Assembly: GCA_050633305.1 (NCBI GenBank)
Contig: JBOEGF010000043.1
Coordinates: 224,001-288,000, forward strand
DNA length: 64,000 bases
Reading direction: 5' to 3'
From: Nannocystales bacterium
Lineage (GTDB): Bacteria > Myxococcota_A > Polyangia > Nannocystales > Nannocystaceae
The notes under the pieces are model-generated. The model ran no database searches, was not told where the DNA came from, and saw nothing but the letters and a program-made list of their open reading frames with translations. Made by a program: the position numbers and the translations under genes. Below, piece after piece: positions 42,169 through 51,351 of this stretch. Each line of letters begins with the position of its first letter. The first letter of the stretch is position 1.

Positions 42169-44351
42169 GCGCGTTCGCCCGAAGCCTCTATGGACTCCGA
42201 CGCCAGGTCAGCGGCCGTTGGCCGGTGCTCGTCTTGTTGCTCGTGTGGCCCATGTTGTGGACCGGTGCGCTCAGCGGTGCGGCGTTGTGGCAGGCCCGGC
42301 TTCCGCAGGTGTCGGCGGTCGCGCTGCTGACCGTCGCGCTCGTCTGGTCCGTGCTGCGCGAAGTCTCGGGGCCCCGCGCGAGCGCGGAGCGGTCCGCAGC
42401 CGCCGAGCTGGAGTTGGGCATGCTTCTTGTGACGGGCGTCTTTGTGCTGCTCGCTGCGACCGGGGGCGCACGCTCCTTCCTCTACCCGTTGGCGTACGCG
42501 GTCGTCTCGTTTCTCCTCGTCGTTCACCGACACCGCGTCGTTGCGATCGGCCTGTTGCTCTCGACCGTCGTCTTGGAACTCGCGCTGGGTTTCAACGCTG
42601 GGTTCGAGGGCGCCTGGACGCTCACCGCGTACCACCTCACCTTCCTCGGGTTCTTCGCTGCCGGCAACATGCTGGTGCTCTCGTCCCTGGTCCGTCGTCT
42701 GCGAAAGACGCATGTGACCGAGGTCGAAGCATCCCTGGAGCAGATGCGACAAGAGGCGCGAGACTTCCGCTTGATCGGGTCCTCGCTGCCCCCCGAGAGC
42801 CGGGCTCGCTCGCGCGAGGAAGAAGAACTCCGGATGGCCCATGCCGCGGTCGAGGGCATCCACGAGCAGCTGTTTCATACGCTCGAGCTTCTGCGCACCT
42901 CGATGCGGCTGCGCTCGTGTGTCCTGCTGTGGTGCGAGCAAAACGGGGGCGGCAAGATCAGCGCCCGAAATCCGCCGACCCTCGTCGTCAAAGAAATCGC
43001 CACGCAGAGCGAGTACGCCGCCGAAGAGCGGGTGCTGTCCGGGCCAGGCCTGCTGACCTCACTGATCGCCGACCCCAAAGAAGTTCGCCTTCACACCCTC
43101 AAGGGAAAGCGGCTCCCGCCGTACTATCAGGGGCCCGAGCCGGTCACGGACCTGTGCGCCGTGCCGCTGCTCGACGGCGCGAGCCTGCGCGGGATCTTGT
43201 GCGCCGACCGGATCGATGACCAACCGTTCTCGGATGAGGATGCCGCGGTGCTCAACCGTGCTGCGAACCACATCCGTCGCGTCATCGAGCACGAGCGCGT
43301 GTTTGCGGCCGTCGAACGCAGCAAGTACGAGCAAGAGCAGTTCTACCGAGCTTCGGAGATGCTCTCCGAGGCGCTGACGCTCGAGCAGGTCTGCGAGAAG
43401 ACGTTCTGCGCGATTCGGACGATCGCCGGCTACGACCTTGGGGTGATCAGCGTGGTCGGTCCCGGGGGAGAACACGATGCGCTGGCCGTCGATGCCAGCG
43501 AGCAAGAGGGCGAGTGGGCGTCTCTGGCGAGCGAACTGCAGGGCCATCGGTGGTCCAACACGCGCTCGTTGGTCTCGATGGCGGTCAAGAATCGTCACAC
43601 CATGCCCGCGACGGGTGACCTCGCGGACCCCGATGCTCCGGTGTTCGGAGAGGGTGTTCGCCTGCCCAACGCGAAGAGCATCATCGTGCTGCCGCTGCTT
43701 CGCGGGGAGCAGGTACTGGGCGCCATCACATTGCTCGCCAAGCGCGGGGCGGTGTTCCCCACGGCGACTCGGGAGATGCTGCGGGTCATCGGCCACCATG
43801 TTGCGGTGAGCCTGCAGAACGCTCGGATGTACCAGTCGATGGAGACTCGGGCGACGACGGACGGCCTCACCGGGCTGACCAACCACCGCGCGTTTCAGGA
43901 GCGGCTCGCTCAACTTCACGATCTGGCCGAGCGTACCGGCCAGAAGTACTCGGTCGTGCTCACCGACATCGATCACTTCAAGAGCATCAACGACACGTAT
44001 GGACACCCCGTTGGGGACCAGGTCCTCAAGCGTGTTTCGTCGATCTTCACGGGTCGAGCGCGCAAGGTCGACACCGTGGCTCGCTACGGTGGCGAGGAGT
44101 TCGTGCTCGTGCTGCCCGACACGGATGGCAAGAGCGCGGAGCAACTCGCCAACAAGCTGCGTGAAGAGATCGGCGAACAGGTGATGACCAGCGAGCACGG
44201 CACGTTCAAGATCACGATCTCGATGGGTGTTGCCGAGTTCCCGCTCGACGGCAAGGAGCGCCTGGGATTGATCGAGAAGGCCGATCAGGCGCTGTACTAC
44301 TGCAAAGAGCACGGTCGAAACTGCGTGCGTCGCTGGGCCGACGGAGCCTGA
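42165..44351 (+). CDS. dmxA: Membrane diguanylate cyclase, TM-GAF-GAF-GGDEF (DmxA-like)
   Basis: DGLTGLTN, DIDHFKSINDTYGH, RxxD I-site (RKVD) before GGEEF; two GAF-like regions; coupled to ftsB. Symbol inferred from architecture and synteny. Confidence 0.8.
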   Translation: MSAFARSLYGLRRQVSGRWPVLVLLLVWPMLWTGALSGAALWQARLPQVSAVALLTVALVWSVLREVSGPRASAERSAAAELELGMLLVTGVFVLLAATGGARSFLYPLAYAVVSFLLVVHRHRVVAIGLLLSTVVLELALGFNAGFEGAWTLTAYHLTFLGFFAAGNMLVLSSLVRRLRKTHVTEVEASLEQMRQEARDFRLIGSSLPPESRARSREEEELRMAHAAVEGIHEQLFHTLELLRTSMRLRSCVLLWCEQNGGGKISARNPPTLVVKEIATQSEYAAEERVLSGPGLLTSLIADPKEVRLHTLKGKRLPPYYQGPEPVTDLCAVPLLDGASLRGILCADRIDDQPFSDEDAAVLNRAANHIRRVIEHERVFAAVERSKYEQEQFYRASEMLSEALTLEQVCEKTFCAIRTIAGYDLGVISVVGPGGEHDALAVDASEQEGEWASLASELQGHRWSNTRSLVSMAVKNRHTMPATGDLADPDAPVFGEGVRLPNAKSIIVLPLLRGEQVLGAITLLAKRGAVFPTATREMLRVIGHHVAVSLQNARMYQSMETRATTDGLTGLTNHRAFQERLAQLHDLAERTGQKYSVVLTDIDHFKSINDTYGHPVGDQVLKRVSSIFTGRARKVDTVARYGGEEFVLVLPDTDGKSAEQLANKLREEIGEQVMTSEHGTFKITISMGVAEFPLDGKERLGLIEKADQALYYCKEHGRNCVRRWADGA

Positions 44352-44363
44352 TACGATCCGCGC

Positions 44364-44789
44364 GTGTCTCCGCTCGCAGGCGCAGCTGGGGTGGCGCTGA
44401 CCGTTGTTGTCGCTCGCCCGAACCCCGCCCCCTCAGGGGACGTGCAGGCGACGGCATTGCCCGCCGTTGCCCCGGGCGACACGGGGGAGTTGTCCGCGAC
44501 GATCCTCGAGACACCACAGCCAGGCGTGCCGATCGAGCTTCGACTGCGCGCTGGAGCGGTCCGGGTGACCGAGAATCGTCTCGGCTGGTCGAGCGTCGTC
44601 GATCCTCAGGCGCAACGGCCTCGGCTGAGGACCCGCTTCGTCGCTCCGAACGATCCGGGAACCTACAGCATCGACGGCGTCTTGCGATATGTGACCTGCG
44701 AAGACGATGGCTTGTGCCTGCCGCACGCCGCGGCCATACAGTGGACGCTGGTCGTGGTCGAACCGACGGTGCCCGTCGACGAAGGTTGA
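44364..44789 (+). CDS. Hypothetical Ig-like protein (DsbD N-terminal-like, Cx5C)
   Basis: GVLRYVTCEDDGLCLP; GTG 6 nt after TACGAT. Confidence 0.5.
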   Translation: MSPLAGAAGVALTVVVARPNPAPSGDVQATALPAVAPGDTGELSATILETPQPGVPIELRLRAGAVRVTENRLGWSSVVDPQAQRPRLRTRFVAPNDPGTYSIDGVLRYVTCEDDGLCLPHAAAIQWTLVVVEPTVPVDEG

Positions 44790-44913
44790 GCCCCTCGGAC
44801 GGCCCACCACGCCGGGGAGGGCAGAAACCGACGGCCTGCCGATGGCCTGCTCGGCAGGCCGAACCCCGGTTGCTCCCAGGGCCCCGGACGCGCTGCGGTC
44901 GACCGCGTGCAGC

Positions 44914-45987
44914 TCAACTCTCGCGCTTGGGCTCGCGCAGCAGTCGTTCGCGCACGCGCTGGTACTGGCGGCGCTTGTAGTTGCTGTGCGAGCTCTCGCC
45001 CTCTTCGTTGGCATCGCGACGGGCGAGGTCGACGACCTGAAACTCCGCGAGCACGAACACGACGTTGCCTTTGCCTTCGGGCAGTTCGTCGTAGAGGTCG
45101 TCCATTCGCACCGGGAGGTCGGCCACGAAGTTGAGGATCTGGTAGCCGCGCCCCGAGAACTCGTTGGCGAGGCCGGTCAGGGGGACCGTCGGAAGCGCGG
45201 AAAAATCTCGGGCCCGGCTGACTTTGCGCTCGATGGAGACCGCGTCGACCAGGGTGTTGACCGTCTGGGCGGGCACGACGAAGTTGAACGGAATGAACCG
45301 CTGCAGCATCACGTGCAGGGTTGGGATGATGTCGCGGGGGCGGTCGACGACCACCCGGAACCGGAGTCGGTCGAAAACCCGCGCAGCACTGGACTCCCGC
45401 TTCACCAGGAGTTTGGTGATCAGCGAATCCTGGGTCTTTCGTGACCACGCGAACTCCTTGACCGGAACGCCCGCGGAGACCAACTCGTCAAACAGCGTGA
45501 CGACGCTCTGCTCGACGTGGGCGTACAGCGCGTTGTCTGCGATGGGCAGCAACAGACGAAGCTCGCGCGCATCGAGGTGATAGATGATGTGCATCACCTT
45601 CAACAGCGTGCACGCCTCGCGGCGATGTTTGCCGCGAGTCGAGGCCATGAGGAAGACTTCCTCGATGGTGGCTTCGATGCCGACAGCCTCGCTCAGTCGC
45701 AGACCGAGTGTCTCGCGGATGTAGGTCAGCGACCGGGCGCGGACGTCCTCGGCGCGCTCGCGGTCGGCGGGAACGCTGGGGTCGATGCCATTGACCTTGA
45801 GGAGGCGCGTGACATCGCCTTCATCCCGCAGGCCGAGACGGTGCCAATCGATGACCGAGTCTCCGCGCAGCAGCAGCCGGATTTCGTGGACCTCCTGCAG
45901 GGAGAGACGGGCCAAGGCGGAGGCGAAGGGCTGCGTCGGTCCGGGAAGGAAGACGCGAGGTTCTGCCGGTGGTGGGCGCTCTGCCAT
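44914..45987 (-). CDS. TIGR04552-family protein (RelA/SpoT-like nucleotidyltransferase fold)
   Basis: SVIDWHRL, SLITKLL.K, FDRLRFRVV, NEFSG..Y, EFQV, SH..YK.RQ. Confidence 0.75.
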   Translation of the reverse strand: MAERPPPAEPRVFLPGPTQPFASALARLSLQEVHEIRLLLRGDSVIDWHRLGLRDEGDVTRLLKVNGIDPSVPADRERAEDVRARSLTYIRETLGLRLSEAVGIEATIEEVFLMASTRGKHRREACTLLKVMHIIYHLDARELRLLLPIADNALYAHVEQSVVTLFDELVSAGVPVKEFAWSRKTQDSLITKLLVKRESSAARVFDRLRFRVVVDRPRDIIPTLHVMLQRFIPFNFVVPAQTVNTLVDAVSIERKVSRARDFSALPTVPLTGLANEFSGRGYQILNFVADLPVRMDDLYDELPEGKGNVVFVLAEFQVVDLARRDANEEGESSHSNYKRRQYQRVRERLLREPKRES

Positions 45988-46170
45988 CGGGGCGGCGAAC
46001 TCTTACCACGAGGGATTCGCGACCCGGGGTGCGGCGGGCAACCGTTCGTCCGAAGCATGCGCGGTGCTCGGCGCGGATCGTAGCCGCGGAGGCGGCCAGC
46101 GGGAATTATATGGATCCTCAGCCGGCGGGTTGATCCCGCAGCCGGAGGAAGACGCTCGTGGGATTGCCCG

Positions 46171-46263
46171 CTAGCTCAGACCCCGCGTGAAGCGGAGCGT
46201 GCCGACGAGGAGTCCGACGGTGATGAGCGCGGCGCAGAGGTTTCCGAGGTAGATGGCGGTCAT
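46171..46263 (-). CDS. Small hydrophobic 30-aa protein (not in ORF track)
   Basis: MTAIYLGNLCAALITVGLLVGTLRFTRGLS; 26 of 29 non-start codons end in G/C; AAGAG just upstream of the ATG. Confidence 0.6.
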   Translation of the reverse strand: MTAIYLGNLCAALITVGLLVGTLRFTRGLS

Positions 46264-46521
46264 GGGCTCTTGGGGCGGGTCGTGGGTGAATGGCAGCGCC
46301 GACAGAAGTGTAGGTGCTGCGCTGACAGGACACTACCTGTCGGATGTATGGATTCACCAGAAACCCGCAAGGGCGAGGGGACATCCCAGAGACGCGAGCG
46401 GGTGCCTACCACATTCCGAAAGCCGAAGGGAAGGGCCCCGGCCGGCTTCCGCGGGATAGGCGCTCTCGCGAAAAAAGCACCGTGCGGGCCGGCCCTGGCC
46501 GGACTACGGTTGCGCCGGGTC

Positions 46522-46917
46522 ATGAACGACGAAGAAGACCGCGAAGACCGCAATCGCTTCAAGCGGTTCGGCGACCAGCTCTCAGGTTTCCTCGACCCCG
46601 AGTCTGCGTTGCGGCGTGGTCAGGGCCTGGTCAGCGGAGTGACCTCCACGACGAAGAACGAGATCACGCGCATCGTTGGCGCGGAGGTCCGGAACTTCCT
46701 CGACAAGATGGATATCGCCGACCTCGCCCAGCAGATCGTGGCGGGTCTGCAGGTCGACGTACAGATGACCGTGAAGTTCTCGCGGGACGAGAACGGCCGC
46801 ACCCAGCCGGAGATCACGAAGAGCGAGGCAAACGTGAAGACGTCGGGCGAGGACGAGGATGCCGACGGAGGGTCGGAGCCCGACCCCGCGGACCCCGCAG
46901 ACGCGCCCGAAGCCTAG
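46522..46917 (+). CDS. Hypothetical protein
   Basis: High GC3; TKNEITRIVGAEVRNFL helix and acidic tail. Confidence 0.7.
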   Translation: MNDEEDREDRNRFKRFGDQLSGFLDPESALRRGQGLVSGVTSTTKNEITRIVGAEVRNFLDKMDIADLAQQIVAGLQVDVQMTVKFSRDENGRTQPEITKSEANVKTSGEDEDADGGSEPDPADPADAPEA

Positions 46918-46918
46918 G

Positions 46919-47179
46919 CTAGGCGGCGCTTTCGGAGCCAGCGTTCGCCAGGTCGCCCGCCCCCTGCTCAGGGGTCGCGTCGCCGTCGGGCTCGGCATCG
47001 GGCTCGTCGGGGTCAGGGCCGTCGGTCATGCCCGTGGGGTAGCCGCTGTCTTCCTCGGCCTCCTTCTTCTCATCGGGCTTCTTGGCCAGACCGACCTTTT
47101 CAGCAACGAAACGGCCGAGCTCGGCTCCGATTTTGTAGCCGAAGCCGGTCACGATGGCGCGTAGCAAGAGGGCAGGCAT
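46919..47179 (-). CDS. Hypothetical small protein with acidic tail
   Basis: 86-aa ORF with host-like codon usage. Confidence 0.55.
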   Translation of the reverse strand: MPALLLRAIVTGFGYKIGAELGRFVAEKVGLAKKPDEKKEAEEDSGYPTGMTDGPDPDEPDAEPDGDATPEQGAGDLANAGSESAA

Positions 47180-47377
47180 GAACCCGTCAACTCTGACACG
47201 GATGGAGCCTCAGGCTCGCATCGAGTGTGATTCGACGGGCTGAGGGGATGAGCACGGGACACCCGCACACACTTTATGCGTGTTTCTTGGACAAATCGTC
47301 AGTCTGAGAGATCTCATCAGCGGGTGCCGAGGTCTCGGCGCCAATCGCCCGAATCGTCACGAGATCGCTCGCAACGC

Positions 47378-47414
47378 TTGACGTCGATCTCGTTTTTCAG
47401 TACACACGTTCAGT
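47378..47414 (+). promoter_or_regulatory. lexA promoter with overlapping candidate LexA box
   Basis: TTGACG-N17-TACACA. CAGTACACACGTTCAGT (47398-47414) matches 14 of 17 positions of the M. xanthus LexA consensus CTRHAMRYBYGTTCAGS (recalled). Confidence 0.6.
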
Positions 47415-47487
47415 AGGAAGGCGCATGATGCGCGGCTCCACCTTGTCCAGCACCTCGACCCCGACCCTCACCTCCGGAGATCGCTCA

Positions 47488-48135
47488 ATGCGGCCCATGC
47501 TCACCGACCGTCAGCGCCAAGCGCTCGACTACATCGCCGAGTGTCTCGATGTCCGAGGATACCCACCCACCCTTCGCGAGATCGGTGAACACATGGGCAT
47601 CCGTTCAACCAACGGCGTCAACGACCACCTCAAGGCACTTGAGCGCAAAGGTTACCTCCTTCGCGAGGAACTCAAGAGCCGAGCGCTCCGCCCGATCGAC
47701 TACGGCAGCAGCGCCAACAAGGAGAAGCGCGACGACTCGCTCGAGATCAACATCATCGGTCGCGTGGCCGCTGGTGAGCCGATCCTCGCCGAGGAGAACG
47801 TCGTCGACAAGGTGGTCGTCGATCGCCAGTTCCTTGGCGCCGTCGCGCAGCGTGAGGTCTTCGGCCTTGTCGTGCGTGGCGAGTCGATGATCGAAGACGG
47901 CATCTTCGACGGGGACTACATCTTCGTCCGTAAGCAGAGCACCGCCGAGACCGGCGAGATCGTCGTCGTGATGGTCGAGGGCGAGGCCACCTGCAAGCGG
48001 TTCTACCCCGAAGGTGACCGCGTTCGTCTGCAGCCCGCCAACGAGACGATGTCTCCGATCTACGTCGACCGCACCGAGTTCCGCGCCGTCGACATCCTCG
48101 GCAAGGTCTGCGGCGTCTATCGCCGCGTGCACTAG
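47488..48135 (+). CDS. lexA: SOS repressor LexA
   Basis: [28 protein letters not shown] cleavage site, GESM (Ser), ATCKR (Lys); GGAGA SD. Confidence 0.95.
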   Translation: MRPMLTDRQRQALDYIAECLDVRGYPPTLREIGEHMGIRSTNGVNDHLKALERKGYLLREELKSRALRPIDYGSSANKEKRDDSLEINIIGRVAAGEPILAEENVVDKVVVDRQFLGAVAQREVFGLVVRGESMIEDGIFDGDYIFVRKQSTAETGEIVVVMVEGEATCKRFYPEGDRVRLQPANETMSPIYVDRTEFRAVDILGKVCGVYRRVH

Positions 48136-48142
48136 GTTTGCC

Positions 48143-48171
48143 CGTAGGGGTCTTTCGGCAAGACCCCTACG
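48143..48171 (+). terminator. Strong hairpin after lexA
   Basis: CGTAGGGGTCTT-TCGGC-AAGACCCCTACG perfect 12-bp stem, no U tract. Confidence 0.55.
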
Positions 48172-48441
48172 CCCGCTCCGGCGGAGCCCAAGCGGACGCC
48201 CTCCTGGGCTCCTGGGCCCTTCGTCCCTCCTGGCCTAGGACGGTCCGGGTTGCGCTGCTTGCAGCGCGTCGCCCGCTGGGCATTGCATTCTGGCGAGTTC
48301 GCCACGTTGGTGAGAGGCACAACCCTCTTTTCTGGCGTGGCGATTCGCTGTTAACGGCCCTGGTCACGGTTCGCGCGCACTGGACACCTGGGGCGACCCG
48401 GAGCGCGGGCGGGCGGGGAGCACATCCGGTACATTGGAGTC

Positions 48442-50487
48442 GTGCGTCGGCGCCGATCATCGCCGCTCGTGCTTGCAGCGTGTTTGTTGCTGTCGCTCGG
48501 GCTCAACGCCGCCGCGCTGATAGGTGTGGGGCTGTGGTGGAGCGATCGGCCTCGACCCCAACGCGAAAAGACGAAGCGTCCTCCAGAGCCGATCGAAATC
48601 GCTCTCGAGGATGTCGAGCTTCCCCCTGAACTCGAACGCGAACTCGAGAAGGACGAGCCGCCTCCGCCCAAGGACGAGGAGCGGAAGCCGGAGCCTCCCA
48701 AGCCGGAGAAGAAAAAACCCGAGCCGGAGATCGAGCTCGAGGAGCTTCCGGAGCCGGAGCCGGAGCCCGAGCCGGAGCCCGAGAAGGAAGAGGAAGAAGA
48801 AGAAGAGGAGAAGGAGGAAGAAGAGCAGGAGAAGCCCGACTTCGAGTTGTCGCAACTCAAGATGGTCGAGCAACCCGACGAGAAGGACGAAGACGACGCG
48901 CCCGAAGACGCCGAGTTCCTCTCGAACATCAACAACAACACGGCCGAGAACACCCAGGCCAAGGTCACGAACCTCGAGCGTGATGCGGTCGAGCCCGAGG
49001 CGGCGCAGCTCGAGCCCAGCCCCGAGAAGGAGCAAGGCACCGCCGCCGAGCAGGTCATCGCGCAAGACAAGACGCAGGAGAGCCGGCTCGACAAGCAGGC
49101 CCCGCGCGAGAAGGTCTCTCCCGAGGAGCAGCGACCCGAGCAGACCGACCCTCAGCCGAAGAGTCTGCTGGCCATGCGCGAGTTGGAACACCGCGACCAC
49201 GTGATGGCGCAGGAGGAGCACGAGGCTCTGGTCGATGAAGCCGAGACCGGCGTCATGCAGCGCAATCAGGACAAGGCGTCGAGCATCTCACCCCAAGAGA
49301 AGCAGGCGCGGATCGATCGCAAGGACAAGGCGTACAAGTTCAAGCTCAGCCAAAACCAGCTTGAGGCGTTGCACGGCAAGGACAAGACCGCCCGGCGCGA
49401 CACTGAGTCGGCCAAGGAGTCGAAGGAAGTCGGCGTTTGGGAGAAGCAGCGCGAGCGCTACCAGTCGCCGCTGCAGAACTTCGTGCCCGAGGTCCAGCCT
49501 GGCAACCAGACCGCGTTGCGCAGTCGCAAGCACCCCTTCGCCCGGTACATCGCGCGGATTCACCGGAAGATCCACGAGGCGTACGCCTGGGGATTCCTCG
49601 AGCAACTCGATGGCCGCGGGCCGAACCACCCTCTCAACGACCGTGAGCTGTGGACCCGGGTCGAGATTGTGCTCAACAGCGACGGCACCTTGGACAAGGT
49701 GACCACCATCAAACACTCGGGAAAGACCGCCTTCGACGCCGCTGCGCGAGAAATCGTGTTCGCGGCCGGGCCGTTCCCGGATCCGCCGGCGTCGATTCGC
49801 AGCCCCAACGGCAAGATTTACATCCACTGGGCATTCCATCGGGACCAGCGGGCTTGCGGCACGTTCGGTGCGGACCCGTTCATTCTCGATGGGACTGCGA
49901 GCGGTGGTGACCGCCCGGATCCCAAGCGTGTGGTCCGAGCCGGCAAGGAGAACATGCGCCGGCTCAAGCGCAAGCCCAAGGCGAAGGGTCCCGAGGGGCC
50001 TGCTCGCCCCGCGGCTCCCTCGGCGGGAGGCTCTGGGCACGACCACGACCACGACCACGAGAAGCACGCCAAGCCTTCCCCGGCCCCCGCGCCCAGCCTG
50101 AGCGCAGACCCGGAGACGATGGCGGGCGACGTGGAGGCCCAGAAGCACGCCAACGCGTGGCTGGCCTACTTCCACAAGAAGGCGATCGACCGCGTGGTCG
50201 CGAAGTCGTCGTTGCCGTTCCGCTCCGGCGACCAGGTCGTCGCGCGCAGCCGCAACGAGCTCAAGGAGCTGGTGCGGACAATGGTCGAGGAAGCCGAGGG
50301 CAAGAAGCCGAAGAAGCCCAAGCTGTTCACCGCGGCGGGCCTGCGCAAACTCTTCGGCTCGGTTCCCGCCGGGGTCAGCGAAGGACAGGCGCGGGTCTAT
50401 GCGCTCACGAAGATCGGCGGCGACTTCCTGATCCTCGTGCTCGAGAAAAAATTCGGCGCCTACAAAGTCGTCGGCATCACTCGCTGA
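48442..50487 (+). CDS. TonB/TolA-like protein with internal TonB C-terminal domain and extra C-terminal domain
   Basis: N-terminal TM, Glu/Pro-rich linker, VEIVLNSDG..SG..AFDAAAREIV..AGPFPDPP. Confidence 0.75.
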   Translation: MRRRRSSPLVLAACLLLSLGLNAAALIGVGLWWSDRPRPQREKTKRPPEPIEIALEDVELPPELERELEKDEPPPPKDEERKPEPPKPEKKKPEPEIELEELPEPEPEPEPEPEKEEEEEEEEKEEEEQEKPDFELSQLKMVEQPDEKDEDDAPEDAEFLSNINNNTAENTQAKVTNLERDAVEPEAAQLEPSPEKEQGTAAEQVIAQDKTQESRLDKQAPREKVSPEEQRPEQTDPQPKSLLAMRELEHRDHVMAQEEHEALVDEAETGVMQRNQDKASSISPQEKQARIDRKDKAYKFKLSQNQLEALHGKDKTARRDTESAKESKEVGVWEKQRERYQSPLQNFVPEVQPGNQTALRSRKHPFARYIARIHRKIHEAYAWGFLEQLDGRGPNHPLNDRELWTRVEIVLNSDGTLDKVTTIKHSGKTAFDAAAREIVFAAGPFPDPPASIRSPNGKIYIHWAFHRDQRACGTFGADPFILDGTASGGDRPDPKRVVRAGKENMRRLKRKPKAKGPEGPARPAAPSAGGSGHDHDHDHEKHAKPSPAPAPSLSADPETMAGDVEAQKHANAWLAYFHKKAIDRVVAKSSLPFRSGDQVVARSRNELKELVRTMVEEAEGKKPKKPKLFTAAGLRKLFGSVPAGVSEGQARVYALTKIGGDFLILVLEKKFGAYKVVGITR

Positions 50488-50488
50488 A

Positions 50489-51319
50489 CTACTTGCGACT
50501 GATCGCGATCGACTCGAGCTTGATCGGATCGAAGGGCCGGTTGTTGCGCGCCGGGTTCACCTTCGCCTTGGTGATCTTCTTGACCACCGAGGGGTCGCAC
50601 TTGCCGAACACGGCGTGTTTTCCGTCGAGGTGGGCGGTGGGTTTGACGGTGACGAAGAACTGGGAGGTGCCGGTGTTGGGCTTCTCGCTGTTGGCCATCG
50701 ACAGCGTGCCCTTCCATTTGTGGCGCAGCTTCTTCGTATCGATTTCGTCGACGATGACAAACCCCGCGCCCCCCGAACCCGAGCCCGAGCGGTCGCCGGT
50801 CTGGGCCATGAAGTCGGCCATGACACGGTGCCACACCATGTCGGCGTAGTAGGGCTCGCCCTCTTTCCAGGAGTCCGACTTCTTGTCGTACCAGGGCCGG
50901 GTCCCCCGGGCGAGGCCGACGAAGTTCGCGACGGTGAGGGGGGTGTCCTCCTCAAACAGCTCGCAGTCGAACGCACCCATCGAGGTGGTGACCGTCGCGG
51001 TGAGCTTGCCCTTGCTGGAGTCGGCGAGCGTCTCATCGCCTGCAAATGCGTCCGCGAGACTGAAGACACCCTTCTTCGGGTCGCCCTGGGCCTCGGCGTA
51101 CTCCTGCACCTCCTCGGGGGTCATCCCGCCGGGTGCGACCTGGCCTTTGCGGTACTTGAGCTTCTTTGCAGGGGGCGCCTCCACTTCCGGCGCCTCGTCG
51201 GCCTTGGGCGCATCGGCCTCGGCTTCCGTCTTCGTTTCAGCCTTGGGCTCTTCCTTGGGCTTGCTGTCGCAGGCGACCAGGAGACACACGGAGGCGAAGA
51301 AGGCGCGGGTCGGCGTCAT
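50489..51319 (-). CDS. Cyclophilin-type peptidyl-prolyl isomerase (lipoprotein)
   Basis: TPLTVANFVGLA, HRV..FMAQTGD, GTLSMAN, SQFFVT, HLDGKHAVFG; LVAC lipobox. Confidence 0.92.
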   Translation of the reverse strand: MTPTRAFFASVCLLVACDSKPKEEPKAETKTEAEADAPKADEAPEVEAPPAKKLKYRKGQVAPGGMTPEEVQEYAEAQGDPKKGVFSLADAFAGDETLADSSKGKLTATVTTSMGAFDCELFEEDTPLTVANFVGLARGTRPWYDKKSDSWKEGEPYYADMVWHRVMADFMAQTGDRSGSGSGGAGFVIVDEIDTKKLRHKWKGTLSMANSEKPNTGTSQFFVTVKPTAHLDGKHAVFGKCDPSVVKKITKAKVNPARNNRPFDPIKLESIAISRK

Positions 51320-51351
51320 GGAATGCGAGTACCCAGGGAGGGCCGGGGGCG

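Noticed and set aside
48700..48840. GAA/GAG-rich low-complexity tract
   Set aside because: Explained by the poly-Glu/Pro spacer of the TonB-like protein.
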